A DNA stretch of 64,000 nt from Parcubacteria group bacterium Gr01-1014_3 (GTDB taxonomy: Bacteria > Patescibacteriota > Minisyncoccia > UBA6257 > WO2-44-18): contig VMGF01000001.1 of assembly GCA_007376445.1 (NCBI GenBank), forward strand, positions 114,875-178,874, read 5' to 3'. Below the pieces are notes generated by a model. The model searched no databases. It was given only the letters and a program-made list of their open reading frames with translations, and was not told the DNA's origin. Position numbers and translations under genes: made by a program. Below, in pieces: positions 38,876-48,994 of the stretch; positions within the stretch are counted from its first letter, which is position 1, and each line of letters starts with the position of its first letter.

Positions 38876-40781
38876 ATAATGAAGCTTGTGAAATTCAATA
38901 TCTTCTTAGTGGCCTCGGCAATACTCGTTGGGCTACTTTATATCGCCCCGCCGTTAATTGTGAAATATCACCTTCAGAAAGATGGACGGGTTTTCGCGTT
39001 AAATTATGAAGTTTATAGAGACGAACTTTTTTATCTTTCCCGCGCGCGGGAAATTTATGACGGGCATTTTCCTCCCAGCGATCTCCACTTTGACGAACAG
39101 CGCCCCACCGTGCAGAATCCCATCCCCTCGCTAATCCTCGCGGGGATGATTGCTCTTACTGGTGGCAATATTCACACCAGCTACCTCATCGCCCAATTTG
39201 TATTCACGCCAATAATCTTTCTGCTGTTTTATTGGTTAGGAACATTACTTTTCAAGGAATCTCACTGGGCAATTCTTTTTGCTTTCGTTGGCGTACTCAC
39301 GCCAATAGCAATGAGGATTTTAAACTTTAATGGCGCCTAATCTCTATCAAATATTTACCGATTTTAACTCGGACGGCCCGGCCGAATCTTTCCGGGAAGT
39401 TTTGGGTTATTTCGTTAAACAGTTCTGGCCGCTGGTAAACACCCAGATCGAAAAACTTTACTTCGCCAGACTCGATTATCCCCTGATCGTTTTCCCTTTT
39501 TACCTACTCGCTATCTTAGGTTTTTGGCTGTTTTGGCAAAAACCTGGAGTCAAAACCGCGGTCTTAGCCGCCATTCCAGCCGGCGCGCTATTTTATATTT
39601 ATTTTCATTTCTGGGTTTATTGGATCGCGGTACTCGGCATTTTATTCATTTATTCTCTGGTGAATTACAAAAAAAATCCCATTCTGGGTAAGAATTTCCT
39701 GATTCTGGTTAGCATAATCACGCTTATCGCCATACCCTATTTTATCAACTATTTTCAATTTCTCGGGCAAATGGAAGTTCAGGATTTCATTTACCGCCTC
39801 GGTATTGCCGAAGGACGAGTAGTCGGATTAGCTACGATGGGATTTGCCTATCTCTTTTATATAATCGTTGGTATCGCGGTTTACTTTACTTACTTCAAGA
39901 ATGATCGGCGGCGCGCCATTTTATTCTGGGGTATGTTAGCCGCCATGTTCGTAGTCTGGAATATTCAACTAATAGTTGGCTATGCGCCCTCGCCAAACAA
40001 TTGGCGGCGAACCATCAGTCCAATTTTATTTATCATCATCTTCAATCTAATTTATGATTGGTCGCAAATAACCATTAAAAAATGGCCCCGGATAAACTTT
40101 AAGAAATACATCCTTATTGGCGTAATGATTTTGTCGGTCTTGGTAGTCACCAAAAAAATAGTCAATGTTTATGTGATCTATCAAAATCCGGAACCAAGAA
40201 TACTCAATGGCCAAACCCTTGATCAAGATTTTATGGATTCTTTCGCCTGGATCAATGTCAATTTACCGCCGGAATCAAAAATCGCCAGTAATTCTTATAT
40301 GACTTCGTCTTATCTTAGCCTCTACACATCAGCGAGGCCGTTTCTTCCACTCGGGCTATTTTCGCCAAGATCTACTAATGAATTAGAAAACCGCTTTTTA
40401 ATTGCTCATCGACTATTCGGAACTTCGCCGGAAATACTCGCCAAGGTGCTTGATTCCAGCCTTCCAATAAAATGCGATCAAGGCTGCCCGTCAAATACCG
40501 AAGACAATCTTCGCAAAAATACCTGGCTTCTTTATGGCCACTTTTTCCGCGATTCCGATTTCAATGAATTTATGATTTCTCCAAAATCGATCACCAAAGA
40601 ATATATTGGTTCGCTTATATCGCGTTACCAAAAAATTAATCTCGATTGGAAAGTTATTGATGCCGAGTACGTCTACGTCGGGCCTTGGGAGCGCCAGCTT
40701 GGATTGCCTAATTTCCAATACAATAAAAATTTACAGATCATATATGAGAATAAATCTGTAAAAATTTATAAAAAACAATAA
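38876..40781 (+). pseudogene. ArnT/PMT-like GT-C glycosyltransferase paralog, disrupted by a 1-nt frameshift near 39330..39340 (or sequencing error)
   Basis: Two track ORFs (38765..39340 and 39330..40781) are together collinear with the 15419..17266 protein: DELFYLSRAREIYDGHFPPSDL versus DAYIQFAREVADGHFPPGDL, WNIQLIVGYAPSPNNWRRTISP versus WNIQLVIGYVPHSDHWPRAINP, and C-terminal VGPWERQLG versus YGPWERQFG. The frames switch at aatggcgcctaa. Confidence 0.6.
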
Positions 40782-41629
40782 TGAACTGCCCTGTTTGCGC
40801 CTCTTCTAAAACATCCGAATGGAAAAAGGATGGGCCATATAATTTCTTGAGGTGCGATAACTGCGGGTTGATTTTTATTTCAAAAATCGGCTACCCGGAA
40901 AATCCGGAAGAACAATATAAATCAGACGCGACTTCATTTAGCGAATATCATCTTATCACCGCGCCGAATGATAGAAAAAATTTTATAAAAACTTTAAAGG
41001 AATTAGAAAGGTATCAAAAACCAAAAACTATACTGGACGTTGGAGCCAATGTTGGAACATTTCTACTAGCCGCCAAAGAGCGCGGCTGGCGGGGCATTGG
41101 AATAGAACCAACTCCCAAGGCAGTATCAATTGCTCGTAAAGATGGCGGGGAGATCATTGAGGGATTCTTTGATGAAAATTTTCCTGAAAAATTGTCTAAG
41201 GCGTATCCTGGTATAGAGATTGACGCGGTACATATGGGCGATGTTATTGAACACTTATTTGATCCTTTGGTTTTACTAAGAACAGCGAAACGGGTCCTTT
41301 CTAAAAATGGTTATCTTGTGATAGTAACTCCTGATATTGACAGTTTTTTGGCCAGGAAGTATCAGATCAAACCAAAGGAGCATCTCGTTTATTTCAATAA
41401 AAAATCTCTCCGGCTAGCGCTTGAAAGATCTGGCTTTGAAGTTCTTTCCATTCATGGACAAGCTAGAATCCGCGATATTGGAAATGCCGCAAAAGGAACC
41501 GTTAAGCTTTCAACTACGGAACTTGTGATTGCCTCCATCGCGAGACTTCCTCTAATTGGAAAGATTCTTAACAACAGCCTGCGGCTTTTCAAAGATGAGC
41601 TATTTGTATTGGCTAGGGTAAAAAACTAA
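40781..41629 (+). CDS. Class I SAM-dependent methyltransferase with N-terminal zinc ribbon, 282 aa
   Basis: CPVCASS...CDNCGLIF (CxxC...CxxC) then ILDVGANVGTFL (motif I) ... LSKNGYLVIVTP. Confidence 0.75.
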   Translation: MNCPVCASSKTSEWKKDGPYNFLRCDNCGLIFISKIGYPENPEEQYKSDATSFSEYHLITAPNDRKNFIKTLKELERYQKPKTILDVGANVGTFLLAAKERGWRGIGIEPTPKAVSIARKDGGEIIEGFFDENFPEKLSKAYPGIEIDAVHMGDVIEHLFDPLVLLRTAKRVLSKNGYLVIVTPDIDSFLARKYQIKPKEHLVYFNKKSLRLALERSGFEVLSIHGQARIRDIGNAAKGTVKLSTTELVIASIARLPLIGKILNNSLRLFKDELFVLARVKN

Positions 41630-42739
41630 CTAGTACAACTTTAGATATTGTTGAACTTTGTTTTTCCAATCCATTGATCTCGCGAACTCAATGGATTTTT
41701 TTTGGAATCTTAACTTAGTTTCCGGAAAATTAAGAATTTTACTTATCGCCTCAGCGACGACTTTCGGATTCCCGCCATCAACTAAAAAACCGTTCTGATT
41801 ATCTAAAATCGCATCTTCAGCGCTGGTTCCACTCGCGCCTATCACTGGTAATCCGGCGGCGGCGGCCTCTAAAAAAACCAAGCCGAAACCTTCAATATCT
41901 TTTTTAAAATCTTGGGGCAATAAAATAAACAACTCGGCATTTTTATATAAATCTACCAACTCTTCGTCTGATATGTGCCGATTTAGGGCATATGATAAAA
42001 ATTCTACTCGATTAGAAACTCCTAAGCTTTCGGAAAGGCTGCGCAAATTTTTATATTCGTCTCCTTTGCCGAATATTAAGTAACGTAAACTGGGGAAATT
42101 TTTACTAATCTCCGCGAAAGCCCGGATTGAATATTCTAAACCCTTTCTTTTCTTAAGAGCGCCAACGCTTAGAATATATGGTTTTAATTTTTGAAATTCT
42201 GAATTTGTTTGTGCTTTGAAATTTGAAATTTGAAATTTATCGTTATCTACTCCGTGATTAATAACCTCTATCTTTAGATCCGGGAAAATCTTTAAAATTT
42301 CCCGCTTGGTGTTATTGCTAATGGCGGTTAACTGATCAGCTCGCCGATAAGCCCAGCCGAGCAAGGCCCTCTTAATTGGGCTATATAATGGCTTTACGGC
42401 GCCTGTGCCGATGGCCGTGATAATAAGCCGTTTTTTAAGGCCAAATGAAGCTAATGCCGCTATAAAGCCATACGGCCATCCATCTAGGGCATGTATTAAG
42501 TCGCCATTCTTAATGATCGCTCTGATTTTAGAAAAAGTAAGCAACAATCTAAATCGGTTGGAGGGCAATAATGATCGGGATGGAAACTGACTATCCGGAT
42601 CAGCTTCCGAACTAAGAAGCTGCAGATCCAGATCCGGACAAGCCAACTTAATACCGCTGATCAGCGCTCGGCCGAAACGACCAGCGCCGGTGTTGGGATG
42701 AAAGTCATGGTTTAGGTAAACAATTTTCATGGGGTTCAT
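41630..42739 (-). CDS. GT4 glycosyltransferase (GT-B fold), 369 aa
   Basis: C-terminal EGFGLVFLEAAAAGLPVIGASGT (EX7E-type GT4 motif). Confidence 0.8.
   Translation of the reverse strand: MNPMKIVYLNHDFHPNTGAGRFGRALISGIKLACPDLDLQLLSSEADPDSQFPSRSLLPSNRFRLLLTFSKIRAIIKNGDLIHALDGWPYGFIAALASFGLKKRLIITAIGTGAVKPLYSPIKRALLGWAYRRADQLTAISNNTKREILKIFPDLKIEVINHGVDNDKFQISNFKAQTNSEFQKLKPYILSVGALKKRKGLEYSIRAFAEISKNFPSLRYLIFGKGDEYKNLRSLSESLGVSNRVEFLSYALNRHISDEELVDLYKNAELFILLPQDFKKDIEGFGLVFLEAAAAGLPVIGASGTSAEDAILDNQNGFLVDGGNPKVVAEAISKILNFPETKLRFQKKSIEFARSMDWKNKVQQYLKLY
42215..42238. repeat. Heptanucleotide tandem repeat (TTTGAAA)x3 plus TTT inside the GT4 interdomain linker
   Basis: Direct reading: tttgaaatttgaaatttgaaattt. 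On the coding strand it encodes KFQISNF within KFQISNFKAQTNSEF. Confidence 0.7.
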
Positions 42740-42769
42740 ATTTAAATGTTTAAAAATTTAAATATTTTT

Positions 42770-43498
42770 CTATTTCTTTTTTAGAATGTAAATTATCTTT
42801 GGGCCCCAGCGATTTTCAAGGGCGCGCTTCCAAGACGGCCTTAGAGATGCAAGCCCGGAGATTAATTTACGGATCAATCCCCTAAAACCATTAAAAATTC
42901 TTGGGGTGGTGAAATACTCGATTCCAATCCTATCGAAGTACTTTAACGCGGTCTTACTAAAAACCGCCTCCGTGAAAAAAGTGATGTGATTATTCCGTTC
43001 ATGAAACCCAGGAAATTCACCGTGTTTAAAAAAATATTTACGATTTGGCGGTGAGGCAATATTAATCAAAGAAATGATCAGCAAACCGCCCGGTTTCAAA
43101 GTTCTGGCGGCTTCCCGGAAAAAATTATGTGGATTCTCTAGGTGCGGCACCACGCACCAAGCGGTAATCGCGTCAAAGAAATTATCGGACCAAGGAATTT
43201 TATCGAAGCTCAAATCAGCAAGCTTAAATTCCTTTAGCAGTGGTCGTTTTTCGGCTGGAAGATAGTCTCCAATGTCCAGTCCGTAAAGATCCTCAAATCC
43301 AGCCATCCTAAGATCTTCAGCAAAACCACCAGAGGCTACGCCGCAGTCCAAAACTTTCGGCCCATTATTAATCGAAACATATTTTTTAAAAACCCCAATG
43401 GCGTATTTATGACGCACCGCGGGACCAACGAACTTTCCAAGCCGATCCCGTACTTCTTCGTTGTTTTCTTGAATTTCTTTTTTAGACATATATCTCAT
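42770..43498 (-). CDS. Class I SAM-dependent methyltransferase, tandem paralog 2
   Basis: VLDCGVASGGFAEDL (motif I) ... LKPGGLLIISL ... NHITFF. Start placed at MRYMSKK (43498), which forms an ATGA overlap with the upstream paralog's stop; the track ORF extends to 43579. Confidence 0.7.
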   Translation of the reverse strand: MRYMSKKEIQENNEEVRDRLGKFVGPAVRHKYAIGVFKKYVSINNGPKVLDCGVASGGFAEDLRMAGFEDLYGLDIGDYLPAEKRPLLKEFKLADLSFDKIPWSDNFFDAITAWCVVPHLENPHNFFREAARTLKPGGLLIISLINIASPPNRKYFFKHGEFPGFHERNNHITFFTEAVFSKTALKYFDRIGIEYFTTPRIFNGFRGLIRKLISGLASLRPSWKRALENRWGPKIIYILKKK

Positions 43499-44184
43499 TG
43501 GGGTTTTTGTAAAACATAATAAATATACCGGCCAAACCACTGATTGGATGGCAGGATGTGTTTCAGGGGCTGAAGCCAATTGAACAGCCAGTGCTTGAGC
43601 TCGGATTTGCCATAACGGACTGCCAAGAGGCGGAAATATTTTAAGAAAGTCTTTTTAAAAATTGACCGGGTGAAAAATGTGATGTGATTATCTCCCTCTA
43701 AAAAATGATAAATATCGCCGTGGCGTAAAAAAAGTAGCCGATTCAGGATATGAAATGGATTTGGAGTAGAGATAATGAAAATTCCTCCAGGCTTCAGAAT
43801 CCTTGAAGCCTCCCGCCCGAAATGAAACGGATTCTCCAGGTGCTCGATAGTTTGCGAAGAGATTACGGCGTCCACGGAGTTATCGGCCCACGGAAACTTG
43901 TCGAAGCAGAAGTCTATTTTTTTAAACGGGAACTTTTGAGCCGCTTCATGCCGATAATCATCTATATCCGCTCCGGTTAGATTTTTGTACCCAGCTTCCG
44001 ATAATTGCGCCAAAAGTGATCCGTCGGCCGAAGCCGCGTCCACTATCACGCTACTTTTATTCGAAATGAATTCTTTAGTTAAATTCAAAATCCGCCCGCT
44101 TCGGATATCCCAGCTAGCGCGTTGCTGTAATTCAAAAAGCCGGTTTTTATTATTTTTTATTTCGTCGGGGTTAAGATATTCCAT
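43495..44184 (-). CDS. Class I SAM-dependent methyltransferase, tandem paralog 1 (229 aa)
   Basis: VIVDAASADGSLLAQL ... LKPGGIFIIST ... NHITFF; about 40% identical to 42770..43498. Confidence 0.7.
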   Translation of the reverse strand: MEYLNPDEIKNNKNRLFELQQRASWDIRSGRILNLTKEFISNKSSVIVDAASADGSLLAQLSEAGYKNLTGADIDDYRHEAAQKFPFKKIDFCFDKFPWADNSVDAVISSQTIEHLENPFHFGREASRILKPGGIFIISTPNPFHILNRLLFLRHGDIYHFLEGDNHITFFTRSIFKKTFLKYFRLLAVRYGKSELKHWLFNWLQPLKHILPSNQWFGRYIYYVLQKPQ

Positions 44185-45512
44185 AATAAATTACTTAGTC
44201 GTTCGCCTGATTTGCCGTCTAACTTGAAACAGGCGCCCTCAGCAACCCGTTTCCTGTATTCCCCGTCTTGCTCGGGGCGCTCTAAATAGGATTTTAACAA
44301 ATCCCGCATTTCTTCGGGGCTTTTGGCGATTGATAACTTGCCATTTTTAATCACTTCCCGCTGATGTTCATATTCGTAATATCGTACAAGGCTATCCCAA
44401 AACGGCTTTGCCTTCTCGCCGTCAAAGCCAATTAATACAGTTGGTTTGTCGAAGATCATCGAATCTAAAATAATACTCGAGGGGCTCGTCAAAACTACAG
44501 CGCTGTGATAAATCAGATTCGCTAAATGCTGGTCGTCACTCCTTCTCAGCATGGACTCTTCCAGCTTGACTACGTTTTGCGGGACATCAAAAACCATTCC
44601 CGCCGGCGGCTTAAACCCGCCGGTCTCAAGAACGCCAAAAAGCGGAAGACGAATTACGGTCTGCTCCTCTAGCTTGGCTAGCTCGTTAAACAAAAATTTA
44701 TTGAAAGATTTGTCACCAGTCCAGATATCGCTTGGCGGAGTAACAAAAATATATCTGCGGGCCGGATCAAGCCCAAGCCGAGTCATAAATTCCTTTCTAT
44801 CGCTACGCTGACCAACAAGATAATCATCGTAATGAGGAATTCCAACAACCCGCAATCTGTTCTTCGGAACGCCGTGATAATTAATGACCCAGGATTCGAT
44901 ATTGGTATTTTGAACTACCACGATATTCGGCAGGGTTCGCAATAGGCCTTTTGTCGTCATGCTGTCCCAAGAACGCCCCATACCAGCTGAATAAATCCCT
45001 CGTCGTCTTGCTTCTCGGACTAGATAAGAATCGCTAAATTCTTGCGCTCGTAAATCCTGTAAGTCCGTCGCGAAAATCAAATCCGGTCTATATTTTTCAA
45101 ACAAAGCATCAAATCCACCGCCCGGCGTAAAGCGGTAGTCTAAGAAGCGGACCGAATTTCTAACAAAGCCAAAACTGCCAGTCCAGGCGATTAATGAATT
45201 AAATATATATCGTAAATAATTATGATCTTTCCCTCGCTGGACTAATTTATGTATTTTTTTGCTGTATGTGCTTAACAAATTCCAAAACAATACGTGAAAC
45301 AGCAGATTAATTTTGGATAATGGACGAAACGGGATCGCTTCTATGATGATATTTGGCGCGCCGAATTCGCGCTGATAAAAATCCTTGTTTTTTTCTGGGA
45401 CTAATAAAATAATTCTAATACCTTCCTGCTGTTTCAAGAGATTAAAAAAGTTCGTCTCAAGCAAATTTCTAACCACTAGATTAAAAAAACAGGTTATAAA
45501 TATGGTTTTCAT
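44157..45512 (-). CDS. TagB/TagF-like CDP-alcohol phosphotransferase, paralog 3 (451 aa)
   Basis: N-terminus MKTIFITCFFNLVVRNLLETNFFNLLK parallels MQKTIFITILQGVEAKNILRTEVYRNLIK of paralog 1. C-terminus ACFKLDGKSGERLSN. Confidence 0.6.
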   Translation of the reverse strand: MKTIFITCFFNLVVRNLLETNFFNLLKQQEGIRIILLVPEKNKDFYQREFGAPNIIIEAIPFRPLSKINLLFHVLFWNLLSTYSKKIHKLVQRGKDHNYLRYIFNSLIAWTGSFGFVRNSVRFLDYRFTPGGGFDALFEKYRPDLIFATDLQDLRAQEFSDSYLVREARRRGIYSAGMGRSWDSMTTKGLLRTLPNIVVVQNTNIESWVINYHGVPKNRLRVVGIPHYDDYLVGQRSDRKEFMTRLGLDPARRYIFVTPPSDIWTGDKSFNKFLFNELAKLEEQTVIRLPLFGVLETGGFKPPAGMVFDVPQNVVKLEESMLRRSDDQHLANLIYHSAVVLTSPSSIILDSMIFDKPTVLIGFDGEKAKPFWDSLVRYYEYEHQREVIKNGKLSIAKSPEEMRDLLKSYLERPEQDGEYRKRVAEGACFKLDGKSGERLSNLLWNILTPTK

Positions 45513-46891
45513 TATGGTTTAGCGGGTACTTTACGCTTGAGTAAATCTTTCAAGCTGATCCAAAGCCGGACAAACAGATCTCTGTCATGTCGATCAAACC
45601 TAAACATCTGCCCAGTGCTAATCTTAAATTCTGGATGCAGCTTGCGCAATCGGCTATAGAAAAATATTGTTCGTTCAAGATAAATTGCCATATACACGCC
45701 GCCAGATCCTAAAATGCCGAATAACGGCAAAAAAATCGCGGAAGTGATCGGTATGACCAAGGCCTCATTCACCAGCCGCATTGTTAATACCCTATACTCA
45801 CGCAACATAGATAAAATAACTTTCAGAACCTTATAGAACGAATAAATCGGCAAACTAAGCATCAACAGTACAAAAAGCGTGACTGAGGAAGTATATTGCG
45901 GGAATAGCCAGGGAATGACAAAGGGCACAGTTACAAAACTGGCCGCCATTAATCCGAAGCTTAGCCAGGCCGTATACTTAACGCTCCGGTTAAAAATGTA
46001 AGCCATTTGATCCTTTAGTCCGATCTTGCTGAATAAAGAAATAGTGATGCCATTCATCGGAATTACGCTCTGAACAAATGCGGCTAGATTATTAGCGACG
46101 CTATAAAAAGCTACCGCCTCGGTATTGATGAAAAACTTAATGAACCAGGGCATCAGATTCTTGGTAACTCGCGAGATCGCATATCGAAAGAAGATAAGAC
46201 TGCCATGTTTTTTCAAAAAAGCCGGCAACATCATCTCTGTGCCAGCCGTAATTCCGGCAAAGGTTTTCTTATATTGTTTCATGAATATAAAAACGCCAAC
46301 CACCATCACCGCCCCCGCTTCCCCAGCAACGTGAGATATCAACACCGTAGTGATGTTAAAGTCGTTCATTAAAAAGAAAGAGGTTAAAAAAACCGCCTTG
46401 GTTAATTCTCGCCAAAGCGGAAATGACCAATGCGCGAAAGAGACTATAGATTTTAAGAAAACGCTCAATGACGATTCGACGGCATTTAGCAAAAGCAATC
46501 CACTGACTATTTTTATCAAATTGCCGACATCCTGACCGTAATAACCGGCTATTAAAGACGATCCTAGAAACACCCCAATCGCCAAAACCGACATGATGGC
46601 CGCCCGGCTAAAAGTTGATTCCCAGAACAAACGCTTTGCTTTTTGCGGCATCTTCTGAGCAAACCAATAACGCATTTCTACGGCTATTGGACCATCCATA
46701 TTTTTCCAATCGAAACCATCTAGTAAGTTCAAAAATGCCAGGATCAGCTGAAATACGCCGAAATTAAAAACACTTAAATACCGAATGGTGAAAAATGAAT
46801 TTACCAAACCTATAAGATTAGCGGAGTAATCAAAAACCCGCTTCGCCGATTCACCTTTGATAAAAATGTGGGAAAGTTTTGATTGTTCCAT
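45512..46891 (-). CDS. Polysaccharide/oligosaccharide flippase-like polytopic membrane protein (Wzx/MOP-type candidate), 459 aa
   Basis: About 12 predicted TM segments. N-terminus VFDYSANLIGLVNSFFTIRYLSVFNFGVFQLILAFLNLL resembles the Wzx N-terminus. Located inside the glycan locus. Confidence 0.5.
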   Translation of the reverse strand: MEQSKLSHIFIKGESAKRVFDYSANLIGLVNSFFTIRYLSVFNFGVFQLILAFLNLLDGFDWKNMDGPIAVEMRYWFAQKMPQKAKRLFWESTFSRAAIMSVLAIGVFLGSSLIAGYYGQDVGNLIKIVSGLLLLNAVESSLSVFLKSIVSFAHWSFPLWRELTKAVFLTSFFLMNDFNITTVLISHVAGEAGAVMVVGVFIFMKQYKKTFAGITAGTEMMLPAFLKKHGSLIFFRYAISRVTKNLMPWFIKFFINTEAVAFYSVANNLAAFVQSVIPMNGITISLFSKIGLKDQMAYIFNRSVKYTAWLSFGLMAASFVTVPFVIPWLFPQYTSSVTLFVLLMLSLPIYSFYKVLKVILSMLREYRVLTMRLVNEALVIPITSAIFLPLFGILGSGGVYMAIYLERTIFFYSRLRKLHPEFKISTGQMFRFDRHDRDLFVRLWISLKDLLKRKVPAKP

Positions 46892-46892
46892 A

Positions 46893-47981
46893 TTAAAGCA
46901 GCGTCACAATTCTTTCGACAAGCCGATTCAAGCTATGTTTTTCTTTAATAATATCGCGAAGCTTCATGCCGATTCTTCGTTTTTCCTCCGTTGGTAAAGC
47001 CACAAAGCCGTTTATTTTTTTCTGAAGATCTTCGGCCGCGCCCTCCTTAAACATTAGGAGGTTCTTAAGCTCCTGGTCAAAATATTCCTCAAAAGCCGGA
47101 TTGCTTACGAATACCGGCACACCACAGGACATTGATTCTAATGTGCTTTTATCAAAACTTCCGGCGACCGTAAGATTAACAAAAAAATCGTGATTCTGAT
47201 AAATCGAAACAGTTCTATTGTTAGCGACCCGGCCAACAAAGGTTACTCGTCCTCCAAGATCAAGTTCACGCGCCATTCTCTTTATATTTTCATAATACGC
47301 TCCCTCGATCGGCTTGCCGATCGTGGGTTCTCCGACAATAGTTAAGGTTGTATCAGGAATATTTTGAACGACGCTTTTTACGGCCAGCAATAAAGTTTCG
47401 ATATTCTTGACCGGGGTAATTCTACCTAAAAATAACACTTTATGGCCTGGAGTTTTAGGTAGTACCAGCGGAATGAAGTGGTCCGTATCAATTCCCTGCT
47501 GGAGAACGCGCAATTTCTTGCTGATCAGCGGATAGGCCAGCCGGGTTGAGGTCACGATAATGTTCGCAAAAAACGCGGCCAGGCGTAATTTAAGATTGGC
47601 CAAATAATGCGCGTACCATAGAATTATTTTCTTTCCTGTTAATCGCCACCACCACCCGGCCAAAATCACGTATTCGGGATTCATGTGGACAAATACTGTG
47701 TCGTAATCTTTTCTTAACAGCCAAATATATTTATAAAATCGCCAGGCATAAATAATTTTCAAAAACCACTTCCTAATTCCTAATTCTTGATTCTTAATTC
47801 TTAATGTCTCTTTGCCAAGCGAATAAACCCGTACATTGGCCGGCAATTCGGTGCGGCCTTGATATAAACAAATAGCATTCAGGATCTCGACCTTCTTGGC
47901 CAATTCTTCGATCCAGCGGTGATAGGCGCCAAGCGCATCGTCGTTCAAATCTACCTTTTGAGTAATAAAAAGAATTCTCAT
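46893..47981 (-). CDS. GT4 glycosyltransferase
   Basis: TLESMSCGVPVFVSNPAFEEYF C-terminal GT4 motif. Start trimmed to the ATG at 47981 (MRILFITQK), which avoids overlapping the epimerase gene. Confidence 0.75.
   Translation of the reverse strand: MRILFITQKVDLNDDALGAYHRWIEELAKKVEILNAICLYQGRTELPANVRVYSLGKETLRIKNQELGIRKWFLKIIYAWRFYKYIWLLRKDYDTVFVHMNPEYVILAGWWWRLTGKKIILWYAHYLANLKLRLAAFFANIIVTSTRLAYPLISKKLRVLQQGIDTDHFIPLVLPKTPGHKVLFLGRITPVKNIETLLLAVKSVVQNIPDTTLTIVGEPTIGKPIEGAYYENIKRMARELDLGGRVTFVGRVANNRTVSIYQNHDFFVNLTVAGSFDKSTLESMSCGVPVFVSNPAFEEYFDQELKNLLMFKEGAAEDLQKKINGFVALPTEEKRRIGMKLRDIIKEKHSLNRLVERIVTLL
47770..47804. repeat. Degenerate heptanucleotide tandem repeat (TTCYTRA)x5 inside the GT4 N-domain
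   Basis: Direct reading: ttcctaa ttcctaa ttcttga ttcttaa ttcttaa. It encodes RIKNQELGIRK on the coding strand. Confidence 0.6.
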
Positions 47982-48048
47982 GTGTCTATTGATTATAAAA
48001 CACGAAAAACCCTTAAAAAGATACGGGTTCTGGAAATAAAAAAGGAGC

Positions 48049-48933
48049 TTATAATAGCTCCTGGTAATGCTCCTTATACCACTCAATTGTCTTAGTCATA
48101 CCGTCTTCGAGAGAAGTGAACTTACATTCTTCGCCGAAGAATCTCTTCTGAGTCTCCACGTTTGCCTGGATAATCGCCTTATTGGTCTCGCCAGCGCGCA
48201 TTGGCTGGAAGTCAATCTTAGCATCCAGCATCTTAGCAAACAGATTGGCAACTTCGATTACCGGCACTCCCTGACCCGGCGCCGCGTCGATCACTTCGTC
48301 CGAATTCATCATCGTCTTGTCGCTTTCCAGCGCGCGAATGAGAATTTCGGCAGTATCACCGACGTACACGAGGTCCATCAACTGCGAACCGTCGCCGTAC
48401 ACCTTGAGGGGCTTGCCCTGAATGGCTCCGATAATCCAGTTCGGCGCGAATTTCTGAACCGGCTTATACTTCTGCCCTTCACCGTAGACGTTGAATCCAC
48501 GCACCACGTTTATTTTTGTGCCGAACGCGTTGTTGTAAACGAAAGCAAAATCCTTTGCCGTCCGCTTCGTAATCGCGTAAGGATTCATCCAAACATCCGG
48601 AAGCGTGATGTAAACACAGCGCTTCTGATACTTCCGAATCGCTTCAAAAACATTGATCGTTCCGCAAATATTCGCCTTCACCGTTTCCGAAATATGCTGA
48701 AGCGTTTCGGCTGTTCCAAGGATGCCGGCAAGATGAATCACACCGTCAACCGCGAACACCGCCTGATCAACTGCTTCCGCGTCGCAAATATCATTCGCGC
48801 GATATTCCACGCCAACGAATGGCTTGGAAAAATGCCTGTCAAGGCTGATAACTTGATAGCCGCGCTCAATCAACTTCCGAATTACATGGCCTCCGATGAA
48901 GCCCTGTCCGCCAGTTACGAGAACCTTACTCAT
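48049..48933 (-). CDS. NAD-dependent nucleotide-sugar epimerase/dehydratase (SDR), 294 aa
   Basis: MSKVLVTGGQGFIGGHVIRKLIERGYQV and YAITK (YxxxK). Confidence 0.8.
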   Translation of the reverse strand: MSKVLVTGGQGFIGGHVIRKLIERGYQVISLDRHFSKPFVGVEYRANDICDAEAVDQAVFAVDGVIHLAGILGTAETLQHISETVKANICGTINVFEAIRKYQKRCVYITLPDVWMNPYAITKRTAKDFAFVYNNAFGTKINVVRGFNVYGEGQKYKPVQKFAPNWIIGAIQGKPLKVYGDGSQLMDLVYVGDTAEILIRALESDKTMMNSDEVIDAAPGQGVPVIEVANLFAKMLDAKIDFQPMRAGETNKAIIQANVETQKRFFGEECKFTSLEDGMTKTIEWYKEHYQELL

Positions 48934-48994
48934 TCGTTTTCCTCCAAGAAAGCTTGCAACGTTCTGCGTACCATTTTACAGTTAAAATTACCCT

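Noticed and set aside
42770-43579. Full 269-aa track ORF for the second tandem methyltransferase
   Set aside because: The first 27 codons overlap the upstream paralog by 85 nt and encode a non-conserved hydrophobic stretch. The internal ATG at 43498 gives a classic ATGA overlap and matches the paralog's N-terminus length, so that start was preferred.
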